DNA of 64,000 nt from Podarcis cretensis (taxonomy: Eukaryota), in contig OX638158.1 in the NCBI GenBank assembly GCA_951804945.1, positions 48,174,001 to 48,238,000 of the forward strand. Direction: 5' to 3'. A program made the translations under genes and the position numbers. A model generated the notes under the pieces. It was not told the origin of the DNA, searched no databases, and was given only the letters and a program-made list of their open reading frames with translations. Every line of letters begins with the position of its first letter. Position 1 is the first letter of the stretch. Positions 50,101 to 62,500 of the stretch are shown here, piece after piece.

Positions 50101-53100
50101 CAACAGGGCTAAGTTAGACAGCTAAAACTTAAGGATAGTATGGAACTGCAGTTTCTTTTCTCCTTAACCATTGTTAGATATTCAGACCACTGAATTCACA
50201 ATAACAAATGGAGGTATATGGAATGATAGCAAGAGGGGACACAAAACAAAACATGAAAAAGGCAAGACTGATCCAAGAAAGAATCAGTGAACATTATAGC
50301 AATATAGAATGACCACCCACTTCACCAGCACTAGAATAGAAAAGGGAAGGTTAAGATCCAAAGCAGCAGGATGGATTCTAATGTAAGGGAGCACAGGAAC
50401 AGCAATCCAGTCATAATGAATGGGTATTCTTCAAGTTAGGACAAATTATTTTGCTACCAAAATACCGGTAAGCAAGGCAAGAGAAAGCAACAAGAGGCAA
50501 GTTACTTACCTCGGGAAACTCTTAAAAGGACTAATAGAGAGTAGCAGAAATTGTATACTGTAAAAGAGGAGGGAACATACTCTATCCAGTCAGCTTAGAA
50601 AGGAAACCAAGGCTCCTAACCTAGCACTGGTTTCATAGAAGAAGTATATGTCTGATGGAAGAACAGGCAGGAAGGGGCCAGAACAATAATCTGCAGTGAC
50701 AATAAAAGTCCCAAGACTGGGCATTCTGGCTTGTCTCATCCAAAATGGCCACCTTGCTGCTGGGAGGGTACCTGAAGAGATGGGTGTGTAGCTGGGCTCC
50801 CCCTTCTCTGCATGCAGGAAACAGGGGGGAGAGGAGGGGAAGGAAGCTGGTGCAAATTTTGCTTCTGCTGGGTGGCTGTTCCTCGTAGTAGATTGGTGAA
50901 AAAGGAAAACTAAGGGGGAAAACATGGATGAAGCGGCTTGACAGACAAGTGGTACAAAGAGGAAGAGCAGACAACAGACACACAGGAAATGTCTAAGTTC
51001 ATAAGCCATGCCCATAATCTATCTATAAGCACCAATTCCAACATTAGGTCATATTCTAGCATAGCCATGCAACAAAACAGTGCTACGAAGACAGGAGCTG
51101 GCTGGGTTCCCCAAGCATCCCCGTACTTGTCCCTGTATAAGCGAGTGGCTGACATTCAAGGAGGAGAATGCACTTTAAAAAGACCCTGAAAGTGACTGAG
51201 GTGGGGACCTGGGAATGTTTCAGTTTCTAATCTGGGGATATATATAAACTGAAATGTGAATACAAATTAACTGAAGTATTCACCCAAACCTATATAAATG
51301 CTTTGTGTAATTATTATATTGCTGAAAATAGGATGAATGTAAGTCCATGGCAAACAAGCCAAGATTCCAAATGCTGATTCACATCTTTTTTGTTTGTAAA
51401 AGAACGTCTGCTTCAAAACGCATGAAAAGCACTGAATGCAAGATTTCTTATTTGGACATATGGTTTGGAAAGCTGCCATGTACAACTCCCTGACTGGTAT
51501 ATTTAGACCACGTTCTATGCCACCATTCATACGTTATGATGTATGCATACTTGCAACACAAGTACAATCCAATGCATGTTTAAGGGGATAAGTATGTTTA
51601 AGGTTTGCATGCTTAGGATGACATGCAGCTTGCTTGTGCACATGAGACTTCCCATTCCTGTCCTTTTCCCTGCAGGCCCTGCTCCCCTACTTCTGCTCTG
51701 AATGGAGGACCCTCCAGAATACATGTGGGAAGGAGAGAAAGGGGAAATCCCTTTGCATCTGCTAGTGCAGATCTTGTCCATAATCTTTTTGTTGCTACAG
51801 TCAACCTTTATCCCAAAAGCTGTTATGATATAAGACAGTCTGTTTTTCAATGTTTTATTGTGTTTTTATATATGCTGTAATCCACCCACAGTGGATGGGG
51901 AAACCCAGATGATGGGGAGACTACAAATAATAGAATTGTTGTTGTTGTTAAGTGGCTCCATCTTTGCACATAAATTATCAGCCACTGGAATTCTGCTAGA
52001 TACTTTTTGTAATCTGGGTGCTTTTCTAAAAGCTGCAAAATTAGATGCTAATATTTTAAACAACATAAACTGAATTGCTAACATTCTTAAATCTTGGTGA
52101 CCAAAACTGGACACAGAGGAGGCCCTTTCAGTTAAGTGAAATCAGTGGGACATTTCATTGTCACACAAAGGTAATTAGGTATGCGGCATGCATCTAAAAT
52201 ATTCCTGCTAAGTCCCTCAAATCTAATTCTGCATTACTGTCTTCGACTACATGCTCACTCCAATATATCTGCTGGACTATGGGGCAGACGCGTCACTGGA
52301 CTTTTGAGATAAAAGTGAAAGTCTAGTAAAATTAAACCATCAAATAAGAAAATGATATTTACAAATTATATTTTACCATTACTGTTCCCTGTGGTTGGAG
52401 AGCAAGGGGTTGTCCTACTGCTACAACTTGCTGGTGAGACTCACTTGATGGACTAATCATCTGAACATTCTGCCCCTGGATGGAATATGCTAAAAAGCAA
52501 AAGAAGAATTCTAAGAATTCGATTATAAGATACAGACTTCACCTTCCCAAGACAGAAATTTTGGGCAATTCCCATCTCTCACTACTGCACCCAGAAAGGT
52601 TCCCAAATCCTCTGGAAGAGAGTGGGTCCTGCTGCCGTGAATTTCAGGGAGAGGCTGGCAAAAATTGCCTGTCCCCAGCAGACGCAACCCTTGGCCGCAA
52701 CTCTCCTCAGAAGTTGCCTTCACCTGAGGGAATAAAGCCTGCATCTAACCCTCTGAAAAGGATATGAAGTTTGAAAATACACACACATAGAAGTAAATTT
52801 ACTTATTTAAGTTACCAACACCAAACTATTTTTAGGATTGGTAACAGAAGTAACATTTGATACATTATATTTATTTCTAAAAGGGCAAATAGTTAATCCC
52901 TTTAAAAATCACAAGAGGTAAAGTAAAAAGAAAAAAAAAAGTTTCCAGTAATTCCACCCCACATCACTGAAAAGGACACCCATGTATATTAAAAAAAACC
53001 ACAAGAAAATATATTAGAAAAAAATTAAGGGAATATAGTTCCTCTAAAGGCTATTTTAAAATCCATTTCTTTTTAAAAATGGGTTATGGTCTGTGGCAGA

Positions 53101-55691
53101 TATGAAGGTTATGCTGTACCTAAAGTTCTTAATACAATTTCCATTACATTTAAAGCTATAAATATTATTTTCAGTTTATAACAGGAATCAAGCTGCAAGG
53201 CTTTAAAGGGGGTGAAGAACAGATCACTCATGTGGGCTGTTAATGTGGTTCTGCCTTTGAAAGAAAAAAAAATACTACTCTTTCAGGATCAGGATATATC
53301 TCAAGTGGCTGTAGGTAGGGAAGACCAGATTATTTCACAAAAGACTATGGTTCACCTCAAACACTTCCACAGCATCATATACCATTCTGCCAAGCACTTG
53401 TTTATCAAATATGTGTCTGGAAAAGCAAAAATTTTCAACCATGTTATGGCTCTTTGCTTATAATTGTGTATGCTCTTGTTTACAAGAAGAAAAGTAAGAC
53501 CAAATAATATCCTTACATTTACCAGAAAGTGCAGCAGTAGTAGTGTTCAGCACAGTTAGGGCATAATGAGGAGGCAGGGAGCCTTTGCAAATGGCAGTAA
53601 TGAAGGCATCTCTTGATGTTACGAGACCAAGTTTTCCACACAATGCAGCCATAGTCAATTCTGCTTTTAAAATATTTTCTGTGGCAGCTTCATCAGTGCT
53701 GAAATAGTACAAATAAGTAAAAGGCATGATTCATACATATAAGAAGAAGCCGAAAAGGGAACACTCATACTTACGCATTTACTATGAGGAAAAAATGCTA
53801 TGGAAATATTCAAAAAGGATCAGCAGCCATGTTGGCCCATGGGGGGGGGGTAGAATCAAAAATTCATAGCAGGTTACCAGGACTAATCAAAATGTCACAG
53901 AACGCTGACAAAAAAAAATACTATAAAGATACAGGAGACATTTAACTCTGATCAAGTTTTTTAAATAACACCAGTTTTATAATACCGTAGAACACCAGTT
54001 TTATAATACCGTATTCTTAAAATCTACACATTTCAGAGATGCAGAAAAAAAGGATTTTTTTCTAAACCATACTGATTTGTAAATGAGCTGGGGATTAACA
54101 CTTTTAATGTATAACATTATTTTTAAATGATTCATTTGCTATTTAGCTGTATTTTAAATCCCCATTGTTAGTCAGTTTGACTGATTGGCAAACTGTTTGT
54201 TGTAAAAACGTGAAGAATAAATAAATAAAGCTGTCCTTTAAGAGTAAACAAATCATTTCCACACAGCTGTACCATGCATGCTTATAACTGAAGCACTGTA
54301 AAGCTAAGTAAACAACAAAATATTACTGCAGAGAGAAAAAAAGGCCTATACAATATTCTTAACACCCAATAAATCTATTACTGTGTCACATCCAATCTTT
54401 TATACTTTCCCCCCTCAACGTATAATTATGTCTTCTTTAGTCCTTGGAAACTCTGCTACCTCGCAGTTGAGGTTCTAAGTTTCAAACTTGTTTCAAAACC
54501 AAGGTAAGAACAGAAAGCTCTGAAGAATGAAGCGTAGTTGTAAACTGACTGAATACCTTGCATCCAGAAGTAAAGACAGTGCAGCAAGTAGACCACACCA
54601 GCAAGCGTTCACCATTTCTTCCCAAACTGCTCTGCTGACTTGGGAGAGGAGGATGAGAGTAATTTTAAAACAACATTTAGTAACATGAATACATGCATTT
54701 TTCTTTTAGTATATATGCATTTTTCTTTTAGTATATATATATTCCATTTCCAGTCTACTAGACATCACCAGTAAGTTGGTACAAGACAGGCTATAAGGCA
54801 GACCAGGCTTGCTTGGACTATCTTTCCACTCTACAGTTTCAGAGTCAAATATGGCTGCCATGAATAACAGCAACAGCCTGGCTGGGAGGTGTGACAAATT
54901 ATCTAATGAGGACTATAGCTTTGTCTGTCAAGGCAAGTTTTTAAGAGAAAATCCAAGATACAAAAAAACTATTTTAGGCACCTTAGTTCAGTGGGTTTTT
55001 TGAAAAAGCAGACATATATACATGTTCTTAGAAATTACAAGAATACAAAAATGGGGATGAGTAGGAACCAAAACAAGCATTCCTTTTGAAAAACCAGGGA
55101 GAGGGGCAATAAAAAGAAAGAAGTGATTTACATTCAGTTAAAAAGTGAAGGTGAGGAGGACGCTGAGCTCACCTACACACAGAAATACCTACACCAGGTC
55201 CTATACATCTGTAAGCAGCTTTATATTACTTTCCTTTTATTAACCTTAAGCAATACCAATCATTATCACATACCTGTTTCTTTGTCAGTTTGGTCAGATG
55301 CTGAATTAAAATCTTGCAGGTCTGAGGACTGTGTCGGTGAAGACTGTGTATCGGCTGTTGTTACTTGACTCTCCATTTCAACCTGTCCAAATTCTTCCTC
55401 AATCATGTTAGTGATGCCACGGACAAGATCCAGTAAAGAATGGAATGCTACTGACATGGCATAGCCTTCAGGAATTGTGGGTGGCTCAACTTTGTCCAAC
55501 ATCTCTAGGCTAAGATGGGGGGGGGGATTAAATAAATAAATGTAAGCAAAAGGAATAATATGCCTTTGGTACCCATCGCTTAGCTAACAAAACACTCTGT
55601 TGCAAATATCACAATTTGCAAAGCAAACCAAATATTGCTGTAAAACTGAGGTTTCTTACACTGATACTAGGGAGGGCAGGATATAAATAAA

Positions 55692-55729
<38 letters not shown>

Positions 55730-58700
55730 TCTGTGCAATCATAGTTAATTGCTCCAAACATCAATGCTCAAAGGAGAGCTAGCTCACTAAACCTTTCAAA
55801 TATTTCCCAGATGTATTCACTTACATTGCAATCCTATGTATGTTTTCTTGGAAGTTACTGCCAGAGGGCTGGTTTACACATAATACTAAACCATGCTTTA
55901 GCACTATGTGAATAAGCCTTACTGAAAATGGAACAGGCTCTCAAACTTCCTCCTCCTCCACCCACACAGTTGGGAATCCTTCTACCAAGATTCCTTTCTA
56001 TTTTAAAGATGATTGGCTTAGCATTATATGTAAACCAGGAATCCCGGTTTAAATTAAGCAATGAAAAGTTGCTAAACAAGCCAGCTTTGTGGTTTGAAGT
56101 CTTCCTCCGCCCCTCATGTACTTGGAATAATTGTGCTTTGTCCACATAGTGCTAAAGCATTGTTTACCACTTCATGTGCATGAGCCAATTGTGTCCAATG
56201 AGGCTTGCTTCTTACTCTTGCTGTTCTGGCTTCTGTGATAGCTGCGCAGCCTGCACTCACTCCATAAGACGCACACACATTTCCCCTTACTTTTTAGAAG
56301 GGAAAAAGTGAGTCTTATAGAGCAAAAAATATGGTATTTATACAGATAAAAAAAAATCTACCTTACAAATATAAATTATTCAACACTACAACATATATCT
56401 GTGCTGGTAATTCCTTAGGGTCATTGGAGGTACTTTTTAACAGTTATGTTTGTCTTCTGATGTCATAACTAAAGAAACACACTATAATTATAAACCATCC
56501 CAAGACTTGAACAGCAACCCAAATAAATAGAGCCTAATAAGAAACCAGAGGAAATATGTACTGAAAGGAGGTTAGGGCACCACAGAAAAGTAATTTCTAA
56601 TCCATCTGGAGAAGAAACAGATCTGAGGCACAATCATGAAAGAAACCAATACACAGAGACACGATCAGAACGACTCCAAGTGCCCACCAGGGTAGCACTT
56701 GCCTGATGCTACCCAGGGCTGTTTCCAGAACAGATCTTCTCCATATTCCTGCTCAGTTACAACTACTTAGGATGTGGCAAATTCATGGTTTTAACGATCA
56801 ATACTTTACTTACTAGGTAGCTTTAGCACTGCCCTGTGTTGACACGCTGAGGATGGGTATCCAGGTTCCTCTGTATTCAAAAGCAGGCAAGACTGTCACA
56901 CTTCCACCCATCCCTAACATTCCAGGATTGGTCTGTGCTGAGGCTGTACCACCAGGCACACTTCCTCCTATACAGTGAATCAAGTGGGGGAATTAACTGC
57001 ACTTCAATATTAATTTAATTAGTTAAGCGCAACATGCCGTATATACTCAAGTATAAGCCAACCTGAATATAAGCCGAAGCACCTAATTTTACCACAAAAA
57101 AACTGGGAAAACTTATTGACTCGAGTATAAGCCGGTTCACCACACCACAAACCTGGTGGCGGCGGCAGCGGCGGAGGAAGAACAAGCAGCCCGAAAGGAC
57201 CCTCACTCGAGTATAAGCCGAGGGGGGCTTTTTCAGCATAAAAAATGTGCTGAAAAATTCGGCTTATACTCAAGTATATATGGTAACCCTTTTTCTTAAT
57301 ATCATTAAGACAACATTCCTATAAGCAAAGGTTATTCAAACAATGTTTTATCCATCTGTTTTGAATGCCCCCTCCTGGCCAATCATTTCCAGTGCATCTT
57401 GGATTTCATTAAAGAGGTCTTACCGACACCAGTGGAGCTACACTGAAAAGCTAAAGTCACTCAGACTCAGAAATTTAAAATATTAGTAAATTAAACCACT
57501 CAAAAGTTATGAGATGCAGCATATGCATTAAGATTTTGAGGTATTTACTGAAACAGGCGCTGGCAGGGTTAGCCCAGGGCATTTTGCCACTAGAGGGAAA
57601 ATGAGAAATGCTGCCTCCACACCTCCACCTGTTGAGGAAGAAAAGGTAGCTATCCAGAACCTGCTGCATGGGTGTCCTGGCCCTGGGTGCTGGTATGGTG
57701 GTTTAAAAAATATGACAGCTTTAACTGTTTGATATGATATGCCTTCCATTCAGAGTTACAGAGTAAGGTTCTATGCAAGTTCTTCTAAAAGGCTTTATTT
57801 TACCGTTTGCAAGAATGATCAAGTTATCATTCTCATGAATACAACTCAAAGTACTAATTGAGCTAAATAAATAAAATGTTTATTGAAACCAGTACTCCTA
57901 AGAGGGAATGATTGATAAATGGCTCAAAATAGTCCTAGGGTCTAGTTTACCTGTTTGGTTTGTTGCAGCTGATGCATTCCCTGTATTTGGTACGAGAAAC
58001 AGTGACTGAATAAATGATCCCAGAGCATTCACGATGTCACGGAATACCTTAGTTGAATGCTGCTTCATATCGTAAGACTGACAGAAGGACCTGTTACACA
58101 ATTCGGACAGAGTAAAAATGCAGTTATTTAGAAAATGCTTTTGTGACTTCATCAGTGACTCTGCATTATGAAACACTCTTTCTTATACTGATTGGAAAAA
58201 GTATGTGGTAGCCACAGAAAGGCTTCATGTTCTACAGGACAACATTTAAATTCTAGAATTTAAAACAAATTTAAGGATATTAAAATCAGTGACCCACTAT
58301 TTGTATACATGCACACCTAACACAATACCTGTGCACTGTTATTTCAATTATCCAAATATTTTATCGAAAGCGTTACTTTAATTGGTATATGGTATATCAA
58401 CTAATATACTTCCACTACCTTAATAACTGAGGTTGCACACAAAGTCTGTGTATCGATTCTACAGCAACAGCTCTTAGCCACTGAGGTTTGTCTGCATCCA
58501 GAAACTTCACAAGCAATGATAGAAAGATCTCACATTCAGTTACCTAAACAAAAATACTTTTATTAGTTAAAAGAAAATTCTGAACAAGGCATCCTTAACA
58601 CGGAATTTCTGCTAATAAGGCAGGGCCCCTCCCTGCAAATGTTTGCACTTGCAATTTTGGGAGAAGGGCTATTTGGCACAGTCCCATAGCAAGGAAGCTA

Positions 58701-59453
58701 ATAACACTTGGGGGGGGGGCTAGAGAAAGCGGAGAATGGGGTAAAATGGAAAGGAATAGTTTGCTGTTCCAGTTACACATTCTTAGGCTTAGCTACAGGC
58801 TCAGTGGGAACAAGAGGGTGGTGGCAAAGGAACAAGCTGAGCTTTGAGAGGCTATATGAAGGAAAGAAGAGGTGGAATAAATAATTTTCTATAGCCTAAC
58901 AATTTCTGAACAGCTAAAGATTGAGGGGAAGCATTATCCTTAGGTTATTCTGTTATCAAGGCGTTACAGTATTGCCACAGTCCTCTTTAGGCATATGTGT
59001 CTGCAGTTTCACCTCCCTCAAGTCAAACAGAGGACTATTGGTGTGACTATTTGCTAGCATAACCAGGGATTATTTGTATGCTGAAAGCTAAGAGAAAAGA
59101 TGGTGAAGAAGCCTGTTCTACATTGAGCTCCCTTAAAATTCGGGGGGGGGGGGGAACGGACCACATTTTGCATGGTATTTAAGATTTATCCTGTGCATAA
59201 TAGTGATATTAAAAATGTCCTCTTACCAGTAAACTATAAAACTGTTTGATCAAAACGGAAACTACTCTCAAAAGGCGCATGCAGATCGGGAAATACGGTT
59301 TTTCCACTGGTGCTGGTGAAGATGAAGTACTGGAACCTTGTCTAAATTTTATATTTGGTGAGAAGAGCTTTATCACTAGTGGACAGACCCTTTCTTTAAG
59401 GAGGAAGCTGAATTCTTGATGCTGGAAAATAAAAGGACAGTGTTAGAACGCTA

Positions 59454-59508
<55 letters not shown>

Positions 59509-62500
59509 TTAAAGTTTAGGCACATAGGTTTATACTAGGGACCTCACCAACCTTCCACAGTAACCCCTTTGATACCAAAGGTGGGGAAGCAAAATTGATG
59601 GACTTGATCCATTGATGAACTTTTAAAGTCTGATGGTCATTCACACTCCAGCACTGCCCATCGCCCCCTTGCCCTTTAGATAATCCCCCCCATGGGTAGT
59701 ACTGCTCATTCTGTTGCTCTAAAGTTAACCAAAACACAATCTAAGTATTAGGTTAAGAGGCGCTAATCATACAGATGCCAAAGATATGTTAACAAAAATG
59801 GTCGAGTCTTTCCTATTTCAGAAACAAAGGCCTGGATCTTAACTGAGCTTCTGCTGGCAGGAGCATCCCAAGCTGAGCTTTGCTCACATGAAGCTCCTGT
59901 CAGTGAAAGAGGCAGTAGGGCAGGCATAGGCAAACTCGGCCCTCCAGATGTTTTCAGACTACAGTTCCCATCATCCCCGACCACTGGTCCTGTAAGCTAG
60001 GGATCATGGGAGTTGTAGTCCCAAAACATATGGAGGGCTGAGTTTGCCTATGCCTGCAGTAGGGCAACTTTCACTAATTCTCCCTCCCTCCAGTAGTCCC
60101 TCGTGCTTCCAAAAAATCAACTCTGGAAGGTTGGAAGAGATATGGAACAGCGTAAGAAGCAGCGCAGGAGGATGGGGGAAAATCAGCAAAAATGGCCTCT
60201 TCCCTCACTTTCCAGGAGTGGATCCCACACACAGATATTGGTCCCATCTGTGAAAAGGAGCCCTTCCCTTCACAGGTGTCTAGTTAGGACCCCCAACCAC
60301 AATATATACAGTTTCTAAAGTCTTTGTAGCTGAAATTCCCCTCCCCTTTCTAAAAACAAAAGCACTCACTTGTAAAAATACTTGCGGGAAATCATTGAGG
60401 ACTGACTCAAGCAGTTCCAGACCAAATGTCCGGGTCATTTCTGTCATGCCTACAAGCCAGTAAGGTGCATCAGCATTAACCAGCTGACAAAGATCCTAAA
60501 AAAAAACCAACAACACTCTTGTACTTTTATTCTCAGGAATCAGCCTGGAAACCCAACCCCCTCAATTGTCACCTAGTCTGTACTTCGCAATGTAATTCAC
60601 CATATGGAATTTTTAGACATACCATCAAACCATACTCTGGTATTAACACGTCTGAGTTTCAGTCACTCCTTCCTCGTTGACATACACAATCCTCTATATC
60701 CTTTCCTGGTTTGAGGCAAGCTACTATTTTGCCTAAAGAAGCCTACTATAGTTTGTGATTGCCTTGCAAACTGAGTCTAGAAACGGGGTCTGTTCTTCAT
60801 TTTTATCCTGTTTTTCAGAGAAGGGCAAATCATAGTTCAGATGATGATGAACTGTAGTTTGCCTTAAATCAGGAAAGGAGGCAAGTGCTGAATGCAAGCC
60901 CGTGTTTTGCCAGTCCATGATTTTGCATTGCATTATATCAGAATCAGCCCATTGTTAAGAAATTGCATTTGCCTTTATTTAATTTCATTATTCTGTCCAG
61001 CAATTTAAATCCACCAGTTAGATAGTGCTGTTTCTTTTTAAGTTTCTGAAAACATTGAGAATATTCTGACTTATCTATGCAAACACATCCAAACCTTTAG
61101 CTTCTCAAATTGCTCCCTTTTACCATCTCTGTAGCTCCTCCGTATATTGAGCTCTATAGCTTCTAGAGATGAGCAGAAGAATTATGTCCAGCATGCTATG
61201 GTTTTCCTCCATAATATTAAGAATGCTCTGTGTACATTAACCTTTTCTCTCTCTCTTCAAAATACTTGTATCATATTATCTCTCAAACCAAAAGCAAGTA
61301 ACAAATGACTATTGACTGATCTCAGAAGCTTAACTTTGTACGTAAATTAGACTGTATATAATAAAAAGAACGACAAGAATTCAAGTAAGTTCCAATACCT
61401 GAAAAAGCATATATGCATCTTTAGCACATGGTTTCAAGGTGCTGACAGATCTTCTGTTACTGTTTCCTTGAATTCCTATTGGTTGCTCTATAATATCTGT
61501 ACAAAATACAGAATCCAGTTCAGAAACACAATGTTAAGAAAGAATGCATGGCTGTTCAATTTTATATATATATATTAACTAAGGCTGATGCAGCAACTTG
61601 GGGGTTTTAGCAGATGCTTGTGGTCAACACCAACCTTCCCCCAAAAGGTTGCTCTCCCCCCCCCCCCTCTTGCCACTGCCAGATAGAACAGAGTTGCATT
61701 TAGTTACTTTTCCAGATTCAGAGATGTGACAAGTAACATTCAGAAGGCATGTAGTAGAGAACTGGCAATCAAGAAGCACATTTCTCCAACTAAACACAAG
61801 GTAAAAAGCATGACTTGCAGTTATTGAACAACCTGCCAATTCAAAGCCTACATCAGACAGCTTCATTTAAAAAAACCGCATGATGTAACACTTGAACAAA
61901 TTGGTATCCATGCTTCAAAAGCCACCTTTCCTTTATCGATTACACTTTCCACATTAATAGAGTGCTGAATTTTGACCTGGACTGAAATCTCCACTCATCT
62001 CAGCATACCCTATGCAGGATTGATGTGACGATAAAATGGGATAATCTTTGACCTGGCCCTCCAAATTCCTCAGATGAAGCCAGTGGTGGAGCTTCATGCT
62101 CTGGCACCGGGGGGCGGAGAGCAGGTGGGGGCAGGGCTGGTGTGCATCCTGGGGATGTGGCGCCCAGCGCGGGCGGGGGGACAGCCGCGATGGCACCCCA
62201 CCGGGATCACGCTGCCAGGGGCAGTGCGCTTCCCCTTCACTCCTCTTCCTCCGCCAGTGGATGAAGCGCTATACACTAATCTATTTACTTTTAGAATCAG
62301 GGTACTACTATATTGGGCTCCACCTACTTATAGCAAACAGACTTTTGCTATAAGTACCAAATGTTATGTAGTATTTTAATTGCAATACAAACACATACCC
62401 ACCTTTATAGTGTTCATCCTCAGCAACGACTCTTTCGAAAACAACAGTAACTACTTGCCGTACTGTGGCTGCCGCAGTATTATTTGTGATATTGTCTTTT

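Noticed and set aside
52524-52770. Possible solo LTR (GC-richer block with AATAAA)
   Set aside because: No clear TG...CA termini or TSD could be identified by eye.
53967-54012. Short tandem duplication AACACCAGTTTTATAATACCGTA x2 (similar case at ~54695-54737)
   Set aside because: Ordinary local slippage duplications in introns with no functional signal.
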